Shown piece by piece: positions 19,294 through 30,203 of a stretch of DNA of 64,000 nt (positions within the stretch are counted from its first letter, which is position 1; the number at the start of each line of letters is the position of its first letter). Made by a program: the position numbers and the translations under genes. The notes below the pieces were generated by a model, which saw only the letters and a program-made list of their open reading frames with translations, had not been told where the DNA came from and searched no databases. The DNA is from an uncultured delta proteobacterium (GTDB taxonomy: Bacteria > Desulfobacterota > Binatia > UBA9968): positions 128,001 through 192,000 of the forward strand of contig CAVUVW010000013.1 of the NCBI GenBank assembly GCA_963745035.1, in the 5' to 3' direction.

Positions 19294-22200
19294 ATGTCCG
19301 CGATGCCGGAAGCAAGCTCTGCAAATCTCACCGCTGTTCAATCAGCATCGGCGGCAACTCGCCTGAGCGAGGCACGGCGGTTTCTTGCCCAGTTCGAACC
19401 CGGCACCGAGGTGCTTCTCGTTGGGGCCTCGCGCGGCTCGGTCGATGATCTCGCGCGCGCAGTTTCGCTCGAAGCAGGCGCGACATTCGGACTTCATCGA
19501 CTCTCTTACACGCAGCTCGCGGCCCGACTCGCCATCTTGGAATTGGCTTCCCGCGAACATGCTCCCACGACACCGCTGGGGCACGAAGCGGTTGCGACCC
19601 GGGCGGTCTTCGAGGTCCGGAACGATGATGCGCTCCGGTATTTTTCACCGGTCGCCGACACGCCGGGATTTCCTAAGGCGCTGGCGCGCACTTTGCTGGA
19701 TTTGCGGCTTGCCGCTCTATCGATTGGCGATTTAGGCAAGCTGCCGCGGAGCGGAACTGATCTTGCCGCTTTGCTCGATCATGTCGATCTCCTGCTGAAC
19801 GAGGCCGGCGCCAGCGACCGCGCTGCGTTATTCGAAGCAGCGACCCGGGCACTGCGCTCGGCTCTCACCGGCTGGCCGCCGATGCCGTTGCTGCTGCTCG
19901 ATGTTCCCTTCGAGTCTGAAGTTGAAGCGCAATTTCTCTGGGCCTTGGTCCAGCAATCGCCGCAGGGGATGATTACGGTCCCGGCGGGCGATCTCTCCAC
20001 CGTTGGCCGGCTGGAGCGCCGCGGCGTACGAATGCGCGCGATCGATCCGGCCGTGCAGAACGATCTCACCCAACTGGCGCAGTATCTCTTCTCGAAAGAT
20101 CCTCCGCCCGAGCGCAGGCGCAGCGGTGAGCTTGTATGGTTTTCTGCGCCCGGAGAGGACCGGGAATGCGTCGAGATCGCGCGGCGGATTCTTAAAGAAG
20201 CCAAAGGCGGCGTTCGCTTCGACGAGATAGCAATCGTCATCCGCTCGCCCCAGCAATATCTTGGCGTGCTCGAACACGCGCTTGCACGCGCCGGTATCCC
20301 CGCGTACTTCGAGCGCGGCACCCGCCGGCCCGAACCTACCGGCCGCGCTTTTCTCGCCATGGTCAGTTGCGCCGCCGAGAATTTTTCTGCCAAACGCTTT
20401 GCAGAATATCTTTCACTCGGCCAGGTACCAGCGCTCGACGATACCGGCAGGGGTTCCATGCCTGGCGATTCGGCGTGGGTCGCATCACGCGACGACGTTT
20501 TCGGCGTCCTGTCAGAACGGCTACCCGACGAATCGAGCAACGGCGACGGCGAAGACGAGAAAGAGCAGGGATCGGCCGGCGATGTCGAAGGCGCACAGTC
20601 CGTGGTGGCCGGAACCCTGCGCGCGCCATGGAAATGGGAAAGCCTGCTGGTGGAGTCCGCCGTGATCGGCGGCAGCGCGCGCTGGGCGCGGCGGCTGGAC
20701 GGACTCGCGGCAGAGTACGAGGTGAGAATTCGCGAGCTGGCAGCCGAGCAGCCGGACGCGCCGCGCATCGCGCATCTGGAGCGCGAGCGGCAAAATCTTG
20801 CCCATCTGCGTGGATTCGCGCTGCCGCTCATCGAGGAAATGTCCGCCTGGCCGAAGGATGCTGTATGGGGCGATTGGATACGGCTCCTTGAAGAGTTTAC
20901 GCCGCGCGTGCTCCGGCGCGCGGAGTTGGTGCTGCGCGTGCTGGCCGATCTTCGCCCGATGGCCGTCGTTGGGCCGGTGACCTTGGCCGAAGTACGCGAC
21001 GTGCTTGCCGATCGCTTGGGAGCGCTGGAAATCGAGCCGCCCGCGCAGCGCTATGGCCGGGTGTTCATTTGCAATCCCGACCAGCTCCGCGGCCGCGCGT
21101 TCCGCGTCGCCTTCGTGCCGGGCTTGGCGGAGCGGCTCTTTCCGCAAAAGCTCCGCGAGGATCCGCTTCTCCTGGACGATCTTCGGCGCGCGCTCGGCGA
21201 CCAGCTCGCCGTGCAAGACGATCGCGCCGCCAACGAGCGGCTCTTGCTCCGCCTCGCGGCCGGCGCTGCTACCGAGCGGTTGTATGTCTCGTTTCCGCGC
21301 ATCGAGACGGCCGAGGCGCGCGCGCGGGTGCCTTCGTTCTATGCGCTGGAAGTCATGCGCGCCGTGACCGGCCGCATACCCGACCATCAGAACCTCGAGC
21401 TCGAAGCCTCGGAAGAAGCGAATGCCAGCCTCGCGTGGCCGGCGCCGGCGCGACCCGAAGATGCCATCGACGATTGCGAGCACGATCTGTCGGTGCTGCG
21501 GACGTTGATGCGCAGCGAGGACGACGTAAAAGGCCGCGCGCATTACATGCTCCTGCTGAACGATTGCGCGCGGCGCTCGGCAAGCGAGCGCTGGGCGCGC
21601 GCACGTAAGGCCTGGTCGGCCTACGACGGTCTGGTGCGGGTGACCGAGGCGACGAAACCGTTTCTGCAGACGCAGCGGCTCAGCGCGCGGCCTTATTCGG
21701 TCTCCGCATTGCAGAATTACGCGTACTGTCCCTACCGTTTCCTGCTGTCGGCGCTCTACCGCTTCCACGCGATGGAACAGCCCGAGCCGCTCCAGCGCAT
21801 GGATCCGCTGACAAAGGGACGCTTGTTTCATGAGGTTCTCGCGGAGTTCTTTCGCGCCTTGCAGGAACGGAAGCTGCTGGTCGCGACGAAGTCGATGGAC
21901 GCAGTGCTCGAGGTGCTCGATGCCACCCTCGCGCGTGTCGCGGCGGATTACTTCGAGCGGCTCGCGCCCGCCGTCGAGCGCGTCTGGCAGGACGAAATTG
22001 CGAGCATTCGCACCGATCTCCACATCTGGGCGCGCGAGCTTGCCGCCGGCACCGGTTGGGAGCCGTGGTTGTTCGAGTTTGGCTTCGGTCTGCCTGAGTC
22101 GCCTGAGCGCGACCCCAACAGCCGGCGCGAGCCGGTCACCGTTGCAGAACGCTTCATTCTGCGCGGCTCGGTCGATCTCGTCGAGCGCAGGCCGGGCACG

Positions 22201-22602
22201 AATATTCTGAGAATCACCGACCACAAGACTTCCAAGAACCGCTCGGAGCCGGGATCGATCATCGGCCACGGGCAGCAACTCCAGCCGGTGATCTATAGCT
22301 TGGCGGTTGAGGCGGCCACCGGCTGCACCGTGGAAAGCGCGCGGTTTTCCTATTGCACCACCGCGGGCGGATTCACCGAGCATAATGTTCCGATCAACGA
22401 GCGTACCCGGAGCATGGGCATCGAAGCGCTGGAAATTATCGATCGCGCCGTGGATCTCGGCATGCTGCCGCCAGCGCCGGCGGAGAAGGCGTGCAGCTTT
22501 TGCGACTTTTTCCTCGTCTGCGGTCCGAATCAGGAGCGCCGCGCGCGCCGCAAATCACGCGAGCAGATCGCCGATTTGATCGAGCTGAGGTCACGCCGAT
22601 GA
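19294..22602 (+). CDS. AddB-like inactive-helicase / PD-(D/E)XK nuclease subunit with Fe-S ligands
   Basis: SVSALQNYAYCPYRF, RGSVDLVE, ITDHKT, LQPVIY, C-terminal CSFCDFFLVC; no Walker A seen. Confidence 0.85.
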   Translation: MSAMPEASSANLTAVQSASAATRLSEARRFLAQFEPGTEVLLVGASRGSVDDLARAVSLEAGATFGLHRLSYTQLAARLAILELASREHAPTTPLGHEAVATRAVFEVRNDDALRYFSPVADTPGFPKALARTLLDLRLAALSIGDLGKLPRSGTDLAALLDHVDLLLNEAGASDRAALFEAATRALRSALTGWPPMPLLLLDVPFESEVEAQFLWALVQQSPQGMITVPAGDLSTVGRLERRGVRMRAIDPAVQNDLTQLAQYLFSKDPPPERRRSGELVWFSAPGEDRECVEIARRILKEAKGGVRFDEIAIVIRSPQQYLGVLEHALARAGIPAYFERGTRRPEPTGRAFLAMVSCAAENFSAKRFAEYLSLGQVPALDDTGRGSMPGDSAWVASRDDVFGVLSERLPDESSNGDGEDEKEQGSAGDVEGAQSVVAGTLRAPWKWESLLVESAVIGGSARWARRLDGLAAEYEVRIRELAAEQPDAPRIAHLERERQNLAHLRGFALPLIEEMSAWPKDAVWGDWIRLLEEFTPRVLRRAELVLRVLADLRPMAVVGPVTLAEVRDVLADRLGALEIEPPAQRYGRVFICNPDQLRGRAFRVAFVPGLAERLFPQKLREDPLLLDDLRRALGDQLAVQDDRAANERLLLRLAAGAATERLYVSFPRIETAEARARVPSFYALEVMRAVTGRIPDHQNLELEASEEANASLAWPAPARPEDAIDDCEHDLSVLRTLMRSEDDVKGRAHYMLLLNDCARRSASERWARARKAWSAYDGLVRVTEATKPFLQTQRLSARPYSVSALQNYAYCPYRFLLSALYRFHAMEQPEPLQRMDPLTKGRLFHEVLAEFFRALQERKLLVATKSMDAVLEVLDATLARVAADYFERLAPAVERVWQDEIASIRTDLHIWARELAAGTGWEPWLFEFGFGLPESPERDPNSRREPVTVAERFILRGSVDLVERRPGTNILRITDHKTSKNRSEPGSIIGHGQQLQPVIYSLAVEAATGCTVESARFSYCTTAGGFTEHNVPINERTRSMGIEALEIIDRAVDLGMLPPAPAEKACSFCDFFLVCGPNQERRARRKSREQIADLIELRSRR

Positions 22603-25600
22603 CGGCTCTTGCCGATCACGCCGATCGCGAGCAAATTGCCACGGCCCTCGACGACACGATCATCGTCGAAGCCGCCGCCGGCACCGGGAAGACGACTGAG
22701 CTGGTGCGCCGTATGGTGCGCGTCATTCAAACCGGCCGCGCCGAAGTGACCGAGATCGTCGCCGTGACTTTCACGGAAAAAGCCGCCGGCGAGCTGAAGC
22801 TGCGGCTCCGCGAAGCGCTCGAAGAAGCCCGAGAAGCGTCTGCCAGCGGGTCCGCCGAACGCGAGCGGCTCGATCGCGCCCTCGGCAGGCTCGAGGAGGC
22901 GCAGGTCAGCACCATCCACGGGTTTTGCGCCGATCTCCTGCGCGAGCGCCCGGTGGAAGCGCGCATCGATCCTCTATTCAAAGTACTCACCGAGCCGCAA
23001 GCCGCGCGCATGTATGATGACGGCTTCCATCAGTGGCTCGAACGTCAGCTTGCCGATCCATCCGAAGGTGTGAAGCGCTCCCTGGTGCGGCCGGTGTTTG
23101 GCGGGTTCGGCGCTTACGGCGAGAGCGACAACGGACCGTTGGACCGCTTGCGGCGAGCGGGTTGGGAGCTGACCCAGTGGCGTGACTTCGAGGGGGAGTG
23201 GCAGCGCCCACCATTCGAGCGCGGGCCGCGCATCGATGAGCTGGTGGAACTTTTAAATAGCTTCACTGCAATGCTCGAATCGCCCGGTGCCACCAATGAC
23301 ACTCTGTACATGGATAGCTGGGCCGCCAGGAAGCTCGCGGAGGAGATCCGCCGATGTGAATTGGTCGCGGCCCGCGACTACGATCGTTTGGAGGCGGGCC
23401 TCATCGAGCTCGGCCGCAATCGAGATTTCAGGGAGGCGCGCAAGGGGAGCGGCAAGAATTACCGCACCGGCGTCCTGCGCTCGGATGTGTTGCAGGCGCG
23501 CGAGGAATTGGCAAGTGCTCTGGCAGCATTCGATCAGGACGCCAACGCCGATCTAGCCGCGGCGCTGCGCCAGGAGCTGAGCGGCGCGGTGAGCGCGTAC
23601 GAAACGGCGAAAGCCAAAGCCGGCGCCCTCGATTTTCTCGATCTCCTGCTCAAGACGAGAGATCTCATCCGCGATAATCCGGAGGTGCGCTCGAGCTTCC
23701 AGCAGCGATTCAAGCGAATCTTCGTCGACGAGTTCCAGGACACCGATCCGCTGCAAGCGGAGATCCTGTTGCTTCTCGCGGCCGGCGATCCCGGTGCTAC
23801 GAACTGGCGCCGCACTCGTCCGGTTCCGGGGAAGCTCTTTTTGGTCGGCGACCCCAAACAATCGATCTATCGTTTCCGCCGCGCCGACGTCGATATTTAT
23901 CGCGGCGTTTACGACATGCTGCAGGGGGCTGGCGCCAAACGAGTAACGTTGCGCACCAGTTTTCGCGCGCGGCCAAATATCCAGCGCGTCATTAACGCCG
24001 CCTTCGCGCCGGTGATGACCGGCGATGGCGACGGCTTGCAGGCGGCTTATGTGCCGCTCGAGCCATTTCGCCCCGAGTCCAAAGAACAGCCCTCCGTCGT
24101 CACGCTGCCCGTGCCCGAGCCGTACGGTTACCGCAGGCTCTCCAATGTCGCGATCGAGAAATCGCTCCCGGACGCCGTCGGCGCATTCATCGATTGGCTT
24201 ATCAGCGAGAGCGGCTGGAAGGTCGCCGAGCGGCCGGCAGCGGTGAAGATCATCGCTGGCGCCGACTGCGGCTCTCGCCTTCAGACCCGGCGAGACGGAG
24301 CATCTCGTCCCGATCCAGGCGCGCCACATCTGCCTGCTGTTCCGCCGCTTCATCAGCTTCCAAGAGGACATGACGCGGCCTTACGTCGAGGCCCTCGAAG
24401 CGCGCGGCATTGCCCATCTGCTGGTCGGCGGGAGATCTTTTCACAATCGCGCGGAAGTCGAGACTTTACGCGCGGCCCTGGCCGCAATCGAATGGCCGGA
24501 AGACGAGCTGTCGGTATTTGCCGTCTTGCGCGGATCGCTGTTCGCGATCGGCGACGAAGAGCTGCTGGAGTATCGCCATCGGGTCGGCCATTTTCATCCG
24601 TTCAGAATTCCCAAGGAGTTTCCCGAAAACCTCGTTCCGATCGTCGAGGCTCTCAAGCTGCTGCAAGCGCTCCATCGCGCGCGCAATCGGGTGCCGGTCG
24701 CGACCACGATCGCAACACTGCTCGGTGCCACCCGCGCGCACGTCGGCTTTGCGCTGGAGCATGGTGGCGAGCAGGTGCTCGCCAACGTTGGTCACGTTGC
24801 CGAGCTGGCGCGCCGCTATGAGGCGGAAGGTGGGATTTCGTTTCGGGGATTCATCGACGAGCTGCGACAGCAGGCCGAGAGCGGTGAGGCCGGAGAAGCG
24901 CCGATCCTAGAGGAAGGCAGTGACGGCGTGCGGCTGATGACCGTTCACAAAGCGAAGGGGCTGGAGTTTCCGATCGTGATCCTGGCCGATATGACGGCTC
25001 GAATCCGGGCTTCCGTCGCAAGCCGCACGATCGATTCCGAGCGCCGCGTATGCGCGATCCGCCTTGGCCGGCTGCACTCCTGCCGATCTGCTGCAGCACG
25101 AAGACGAGGAGCTCCAGCGCGACGAAGCGGAGGGTGTGCGGGTCGCGTACGTCGCCGCGACGAGAGCGCGCGACCTGCTCATAGTTCCGGCAGTCGGTGA
25201 TGAGGAGAGAGCAGGCTGGATCCAGTCCCTGAACACGGCGATCTATCCGCCGATGAAAACGCGGCGACAGCAGATTCAGGCGTCCGGCTGCGTCGAGTTC
25301 AAATCCAAGGACTCGGTGTTGATTCGCCCGGCCGGCAGTGCTGGAACGAGCACGGTTTCTCCTGGCCTTCACGTGCGCAATACAGATGATTCCAAGGCCG
25401 GCGAATTTTCGGTCGTCTGGTGGGATCCACGCGCTCTCAAACTTGGCCCCGAGGTGCCGCTTGGTATTCGACGGCCCGAGCTGATCGTGAAGGACGTCGC
25501 GCCGGACATCGTCGAATCCGGTCTTGCGGCTTACAAGTCTTGGCGCGAAGCGCGTCAGGAAACCCTGACAACCGGAAGTCAGAGCGCGCTCGCAGTGCGC

Positions 25601-26137
25601 ACGGTAACGCAGCAGGCAAAAACAGGCGGCGCGCAGGCGGCGGACCCAAAGATTCCGGCTGTTGAAATTGTCGAGATCGTGCGCGCGGACAACCGGCCTT
25701 CAGGCAAACGTTTCGGCGCGCTGATACATGCGGTGCTTGCGAGCGTGCCGCTCGATGGCGATGACGACACGATCCGACGCATTACGGCCATCCATGGCCG
25801 TATCCTCGGCGCTGCCGAAGAAGAAATCGATGCCGCGGCGAATGCTGCCCTCGCGGCTCTGGCGCAGCCGCTTTTCGACCAAGCGCGCAGCGCCGCGCAG
25901 AGAGGCTGCTGTCGTCGTGAAGTGCCGGTCGTCTGGCGCGGTCCTGACGGAATACTCATCGAAGGTGTCGTCGACCTCGCCTTCGAGCACAGCGATGGCT
26001 GGACGGTGATAGATTTCAAATCCGACGAAGAGCTTCGTGGTAACGAGCCGGCTTACCGGCGGCAGGTCGAACTGTACGCATCGGCCATCCAGTCAGCTAC
26101 TGGGACGCAAGTTGCGCCAGTATTGATGCGTGTGTAA
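22599..26137 (+). CDS. AddA-like UvrD helicase / RecB-type nuclease; indels near 24270 and 25070
   Basis: AAAGTGKT, TFTEKAA, DEFQDT, VGDPKQSIYRFR, TVHKAKGLEF, YVAATRARD, nuclease GVVDL..IDFKS..QVELY; ATGA overlap with the upstream gene. Confidence 0.88.
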
Positions 26138-26234
26138 GCGGCCGCAACAGTTGGTACTTCGCCATCACGCAAAGTCACCGCACGGAACGGGATAACCGCG
26201 GGGTATCGGCCTTCTGCCCGGTCGGACAAGGGGT

Positions 26235-26723
26235 TCAGAAATAGCCGACCAGACGTCCTAACGTCATCGCCGTTAGCCATGCAGTAAGCGATACTCCTGC
26301 GGCAAGGCGCAGCCGCAGCGGCGGCATCGCGTGCGCCGATGCAATTTCCGAAGCGTCAGACGGTGGCGGCGGCATACGCAATGCCATAACGTTGCCCGTT
26401 CCGATGATGACAACGGCCATCTTGGCGAGAAAGAGATTGGAAGCGATGTACTCGGTGGCGCGGGTGATGAACAGCAGCATGCCAAAGATGATCGCGAGGA
26501 GAAAACCGGCGCCGGCGGTGCGGGTGAGGATGTTCCACAAAGGCGCGAGCGGCGCGGAGCGCCACGCGCCAAGAAGACGCAGATCAAGCGGCACGATCGA
26601 GCCGACTAGCAGCGCAACGCCGAGGATGTGAGCGGCGTTGACAAGGGGATAGCTCCAGACCGAGTTGCGGAGCCCCGTTGCGAGCGCCGTTGCTTCCAGC
26701 GCCGCGGCCCAATCTTCGATCAT
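26235..26723 (-). CDS. Four-TM membrane protein (DUF2214/DUF6644-like)
   Basis: YPLVNAAHILGVALLVGSI..LDLRLLG, FLAKM, GRLVGY. Confidence 0.7.
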   Translation of the reverse strand: MIEDWAAALEATALATGLRNSVWSYPLVNAAHILGVALLVGSIVPLDLRLLGAWRSAPLAPLWNILTRTAGAGFLLAIIFGMLLFITRATEYIASNLFLAKMAVVIIGTGNVMALRMPPPPSDASEIASAHAMPPLRLRLAAGVSLTAWLTAMTLGRLVGYF

Positions 26724-26744
26724 CTGCGCGCCGGCGCGACTGCT

Positions 26745-27128
26745 TCAGGACTGGCGGTCGGGGTAGAGATTGTAGCTCTTGCCGTTGATCACCACGCGCT
26801 CGGCCTTCATCAAGCGCTCGCCTTTCTTGGCCGAGCGATGGCCGTGTGCTGTGATGACTTGTCCTTTGCTCAGCATCTTCGGCGTGAGTCCCGCATTGTC
26901 GTTGCGCCAAGGCTGGCCCACTTCGACGATCCACTTCTCGCCCTTGACGTTCAGTGTCAGCTCGCCGTGAGGATTGCCCAGCCGCACGGCCGCAATCTCG
27001 CCGGTGAGTTGGAATTCTTCGGCGGTCGCCCAACCCCAGCCATGATGCGCCCAGGCCGCCTGCGCCAGAAAAACTCCCGTCCCCAGCGCGAGCAGCGTCA
27101 GCCGTATCCGTTTAAATAGTGAGTCCAT
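26745..27128 (-). CDS. Periplasmic OB-fold-like protein (DUF6152-like)
   Basis: Signal peptide ending AWA followed by HHGW; NPH motif; YNLYPDR. Confidence 0.7.
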   Translation of the reverse strand: MDSLFKRIRLTLLALGTGVFLAQAAWAHHGWGWATAEEFQLTGEIAAVRLGNPHGELTLNVKGEKWIVEVGQPWRNDNAGLTPKMLSKGQVITAHGHRSAKKGERLMKAERVVINGKSYNLYPDRQS

Positions 27129-27237
27129 CGCCGATTCCCCCCGATCGAGTTTACTTTGATACTAAAGGTTCGGATCGCCAAACGCCATGCCGGCGAATCG
27201 ATGAGCGAGAATGGACCGCGCTGCATGCGATCCGCGG

Positions 27238-27960
27238 TTATTGCTCTTCTAATTCGGGATAGTGGCGGAAGATGCCTTGCTCGTTGAACGGCAGCCGGCG
27301 CGGCGATGCAAGATATGCGGCGATGCGCGGACGTACCCGAACGCGATCGTGCAACGTCACCAGTTTGGGATGGCCCGGTTCGAGCCGCGCCATCGTCTTG
27401 CGAAATGCGTAGCGCAATCCCTCGATCATCTGGAAAAGTGAGAGATCGACGTAAGAAGTCTTCTTGCCGAACACGAAGTCGCCGCCTTTGCGGTTCATCT
27501 TGAGCACTCTTTCGAAATAGCCCAAGAACTTGGGGATGCGGTTGGCGGTGAAGTTCACCGCGCGCTTTTTCGCCTCGTCCTTCTGCTCCTCGTAGTACAG
27601 CATGTTGGCGACCGGGTGGTGCGTCTGGCCGGATTCGTACAGCCAATCGGCTACAGTGAGCTGCAACTGGTGCGCCCAGAGACGGCTTGTCTCGCTTTTC
27701 GGCACGAGGTCCAGACGCGGCGCGAGAAACTGGAGAATATTGGCAGTTTGGGAGATGAGGATCTTCCCGGCTTTGAGAAACGGCGGCGCAAACGGCGGAT
27801 GCTCCAGCGACGGGTCTTCGAGAAATTTCATGATCCCGGGCCGGCCAAAGTTCGGGTCGCGCGCGACGTCGATATAATCCGCGCCGGCGTCTTCGAGCGC
27901 GAGCCGAACGAACTCGCCCCGGCCTTGGATGGACGGTTGATAGTACAGTTCGTAGCGCAT
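27238..27960 (-). CDS. Glutathione S-transferase
   Basis: YELYY.PSIQGRGEFVRLALE, FAPPFL, SQTANIL, SYVDLSLFQ, PFNEQGIFRHYPEL; AGGAGG RBS. Confidence 0.88.
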   Translation of the reverse strand: MRYELYYQPSIQGRGEFVRLALEDAGADYIDVARDPNFGRPGIMKFLEDPSLEHPPFAPPFLKAGKILISQTANILQFLAPRLDLVPKSETSRLWAHQLQLTVADWLYESGQTHHPVANMLYYEEQKDEAKKRAVNFTANRIPKFLGYFERVLKMNRKGGDFVFGKKTSYVDLSLFQMIEGLRYAFRKTMARLEPGHPKLVTLHDRVRVRPRIAAYLASPRRLPFNEQGIFRHYPELEEQ

Positions 27961-28202
27961 TGGAGTCCTCCTGAAACGATGATTCGCTCGTCGAGAGACT
28001 TGCATATACGCGGTGAGTCCTCAATCGAAATCGCGGCGGGAGAATTCGACTTGCAGATCGTCGCCTATTGGTACCGTCCGCACTTGCTCAAGAAACAAGG
28101 CGCGCCGTGGAGTTGGCGGAAAAACTCGCGGACTACACGCGACGATATGAAGCGCTGTTCGTCAAGTGAGCGAAACGGTCGATGATGGTTCTTGGAGTGA
28201 GG

Positions 28203-28655
28203 TCAGCTGATCTTGACCGGCGGGCCGCTCGTCGAGTGACGCTCTGTCAACTCGAGAGTGTAGCCATCGGGATCCTGAATGAACGCGACATGATCCTTGC
28301 TGCCCGGCCGATTCGGTTCAGGACCCAATGTAAACTTCACGCCTTCGGCTTTCAGTTTTTCACTTAGCTTGTAGAGATCAGACACGTAAAGGGCGACATG
28401 TCCGTACCACTTTGGCATTTCCCTGTTCTGCTTCGGCCCGCCCGTTTCGATGAGCTCCAATCCGGGATATTCGTCTTCCGAGCCATATCCTAGATATCCG
28501 ACACGCTCGTTCTTGTCAGGAACCAAGCGTATGCGCTGGACGTCCATGCCCAACAACCGAGTGTAGAAATCCATGCTGCGATCAAGATTGCTCACGAGCA
28601 TCATGGTATGCCGAATCCGGAACGTAATGCTGTCGACGGTTTTCTCGCCTGCCAT
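28203..28655 (-). CDS. VOC family protein, lactoylglutathione lyase (glyoxalase I)-like
   Basis: HTMMLVSNLDRSMDFYTRLLGM, LEL, YGHVAL, AFIQDPDGYTLEL. Confidence 0.85.
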   Translation of the reverse strand: MAGEKTVDSITFRIRHTMMLVSNLDRSMDFYTRLLGMDVQRIRLVPDKNERVGYLGYGSEDEYPGLELIETGGPKQNREMPKWYGHVALYVSDLYKLSEKLKAEGVKFTLGPEPNRPGSKDHVAFIQDPDGYTLELTERHSTSGPPVKIS

Positions 28656-28806
28656 GGTTCCCTCGCCCCTGTGCGAACGCAATCGGATGTTTTCTTTGGG
28701 ACAGTAACGTACGCGGAGCTACGCCGTCAACGAGATTGCAAGTGGCGCAGCAAACCGCACCGAGGTTCGAGAGATCTTTTGGGCGAGGTGAAAAATGACG
28801 ATGGCG

Positions 28807-28962
28807 CTATAACTGGTGACGATCGATGCGGTTTTGTTTGCTCGCCCAATAGATGAGTAGTACGAGTGCAATCGACGTGATCGCCCAGTTCCTGATCGCC
28901 CACTCGAGAGCGGGTCTAAGCTCCAGAAATAACCTTGCGGCGAATTCCCCGATTTTGTCCAT
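28807..28962 (-). CDS. Small (51 aa) single-TM hypothetical protein
   Basis: GGAGGTG RBS before ATG; MDKIGEFAARLFLELRPALEWAIRNWAITSIALVLLIYWASKQNR... Confidence 0.55.
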   Translation of the reverse strand: MDKIGEFAARLFLELRPALEWAIRNWAITSIALVLLIYWASKQNRIDRHQL

Positions 28963-29252
28963 GTGACCACCTCCGGGAAAAAGCGATTCGGTATAAGCGA
29001 GGAGTGTAACGACGATATCTGTGATCGCAGAGCGGGCCAAGTTTGATTGCTTGAATGAGATCGATCCTGGAATGGAAAAAAGATGCAGCAAATTACACAA
29101 CGCGACCTGTTTTGAAGTTTACGCCAGAGAAAATTCGGCTCGGTATGCGCGATACCGCGCAGTGGCACGCGGATGTTAAGTCTAGCCGGCGAGGATCAGT
29201 GAAAAATGAGTGATGTCTATCGCGCGCGCTTACGTTACAGGGACTGAAAATC

Positions 29253-30107
29253 TTAGGACATCGCTTTGATGACCGCTCTGCGCAAGAATACGCCGATCAA
29301 GTGACGCTTGTAATCGGCGCCGCCCTCGAGATCGTCAACCGGGTCAGCCGCCTGAGCGAGCGTTTCACCTGCATCGGCCAGTTGTTTCTCGACTTGCTTT
29401 CTCGAACCGCAGAGCAGTTGATTGGCTTGGTCCGATTGGGTCGGCACCACGCTCACGCTGCCGACGACGGCGGTTGCTTTTTTAATGGTGTCGCCTTCGA
29501 TATCGAGCACCAGTGCCAGGCCGAGGGTCGGTCGCTCCTTGAGCTGGAATTTCAGATAGGCAGCGCGTTGCGACTTGCTTAACACTGGAATCTCAACAGC
29601 GGCGAGCAGCTCATCGGCCTTCAACGACGTTTCGTAGGCGCCGGTGATAAGTTCGTCAACGCCCAAACTGCGATTTCCGGATTTGCCGTGCACGTGCGCT
29701 TTGGCGCCGAGAGCCGTGAGCAAGGTTGCGGGGTCGGAGTGCGGCTCGGCGAAACAGAGATTGCCACCAAGTGTGCCGCTGGCTCGAACGCGTACATTGG
29801 CGACATGGGTTTCCATATCGGCGAACACCGGCAAACTTTGCCGCACTAGCGCCGATCGCTCGATGGCTCTGTGGCTTGCGGTGCTGCCGATCACGAGCGC
29901 CCCGTTTTTGCTTTCGATTTTGTCCAGATCCGGAATGGTTTTCACGTCGATCAGGTGCTCGTAACGCAAAAGATCGTGTTTCATGGCCAGCAAAAGCTCG
30001 GTGCCGCCGGCATAAAGGCGAGCTTTCTCGCCGAATTCGGCGAGCATCTGCGAAGCTTCGGTAACCGTCTTGGGTTGATGGATGCTAAAGCGTCTTAAGG
30101 GCATCAT
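29253..30107 (-). CDS. Xanthine-dehydrogenase-family FAD subunit (CoxM/CutM-like)
   Basis: AGGTELL, VRASGTLGGNL, DP, PVDDLEGGADYKR. Confidence 0.9.
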   Translation of the reverse strand: MMPLRRFSIHQPKTVTEASQMLAEFGEKARLYAGGTELLLAMKHDLLRYEHLIDVKTIPDLDKIESKNGALVIGSTASHRAIERSALVRQSLPVFADMETHVANVRVRASGTLGGNLCFAEPHSDPATLLTALGAKAHVHGKSGNRSLGVDELITGAYETSLKADELLAAVEIPVLSKSQRAAYLKFQLKERPTLGLALVLDIEGDTIKKATAVVGSVSVVPTQSDQANQLLCGSRKQVEKQLADAGETLAQAADPVDDLEGGADYKRHLIGVFLRRAVIKAMS

Positions 30108-30118
30108 AAGTAATTCTC

Positions 30119-30203
30119 GTTCAACGGTTCAAACGTTCAATGGTTCAAGGTCCTGCAGTTTCCGGATTCAGTCGTTGAACTTTTAAACTTTTGAACCTTG
30201 AAC
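30119..30203. repeat. Inverted arrays of 8-nt-period GTTCAA / TTGAAC units
   Basis: GTTCAA at 30119, 30127, 30135, 30143; TTGAAC/TTAAAC at 30175, 30183, 30191, 30198. Confidence 0.75.

Noticed and set aside
20521-22383. Long antisense ORFs (620 aa here; also 55480-56838 and 61561-63000)
   Set aside because: These are shadow ORFs opposite well-supported genes in GC-rich DNA, with no recognisable motifs.
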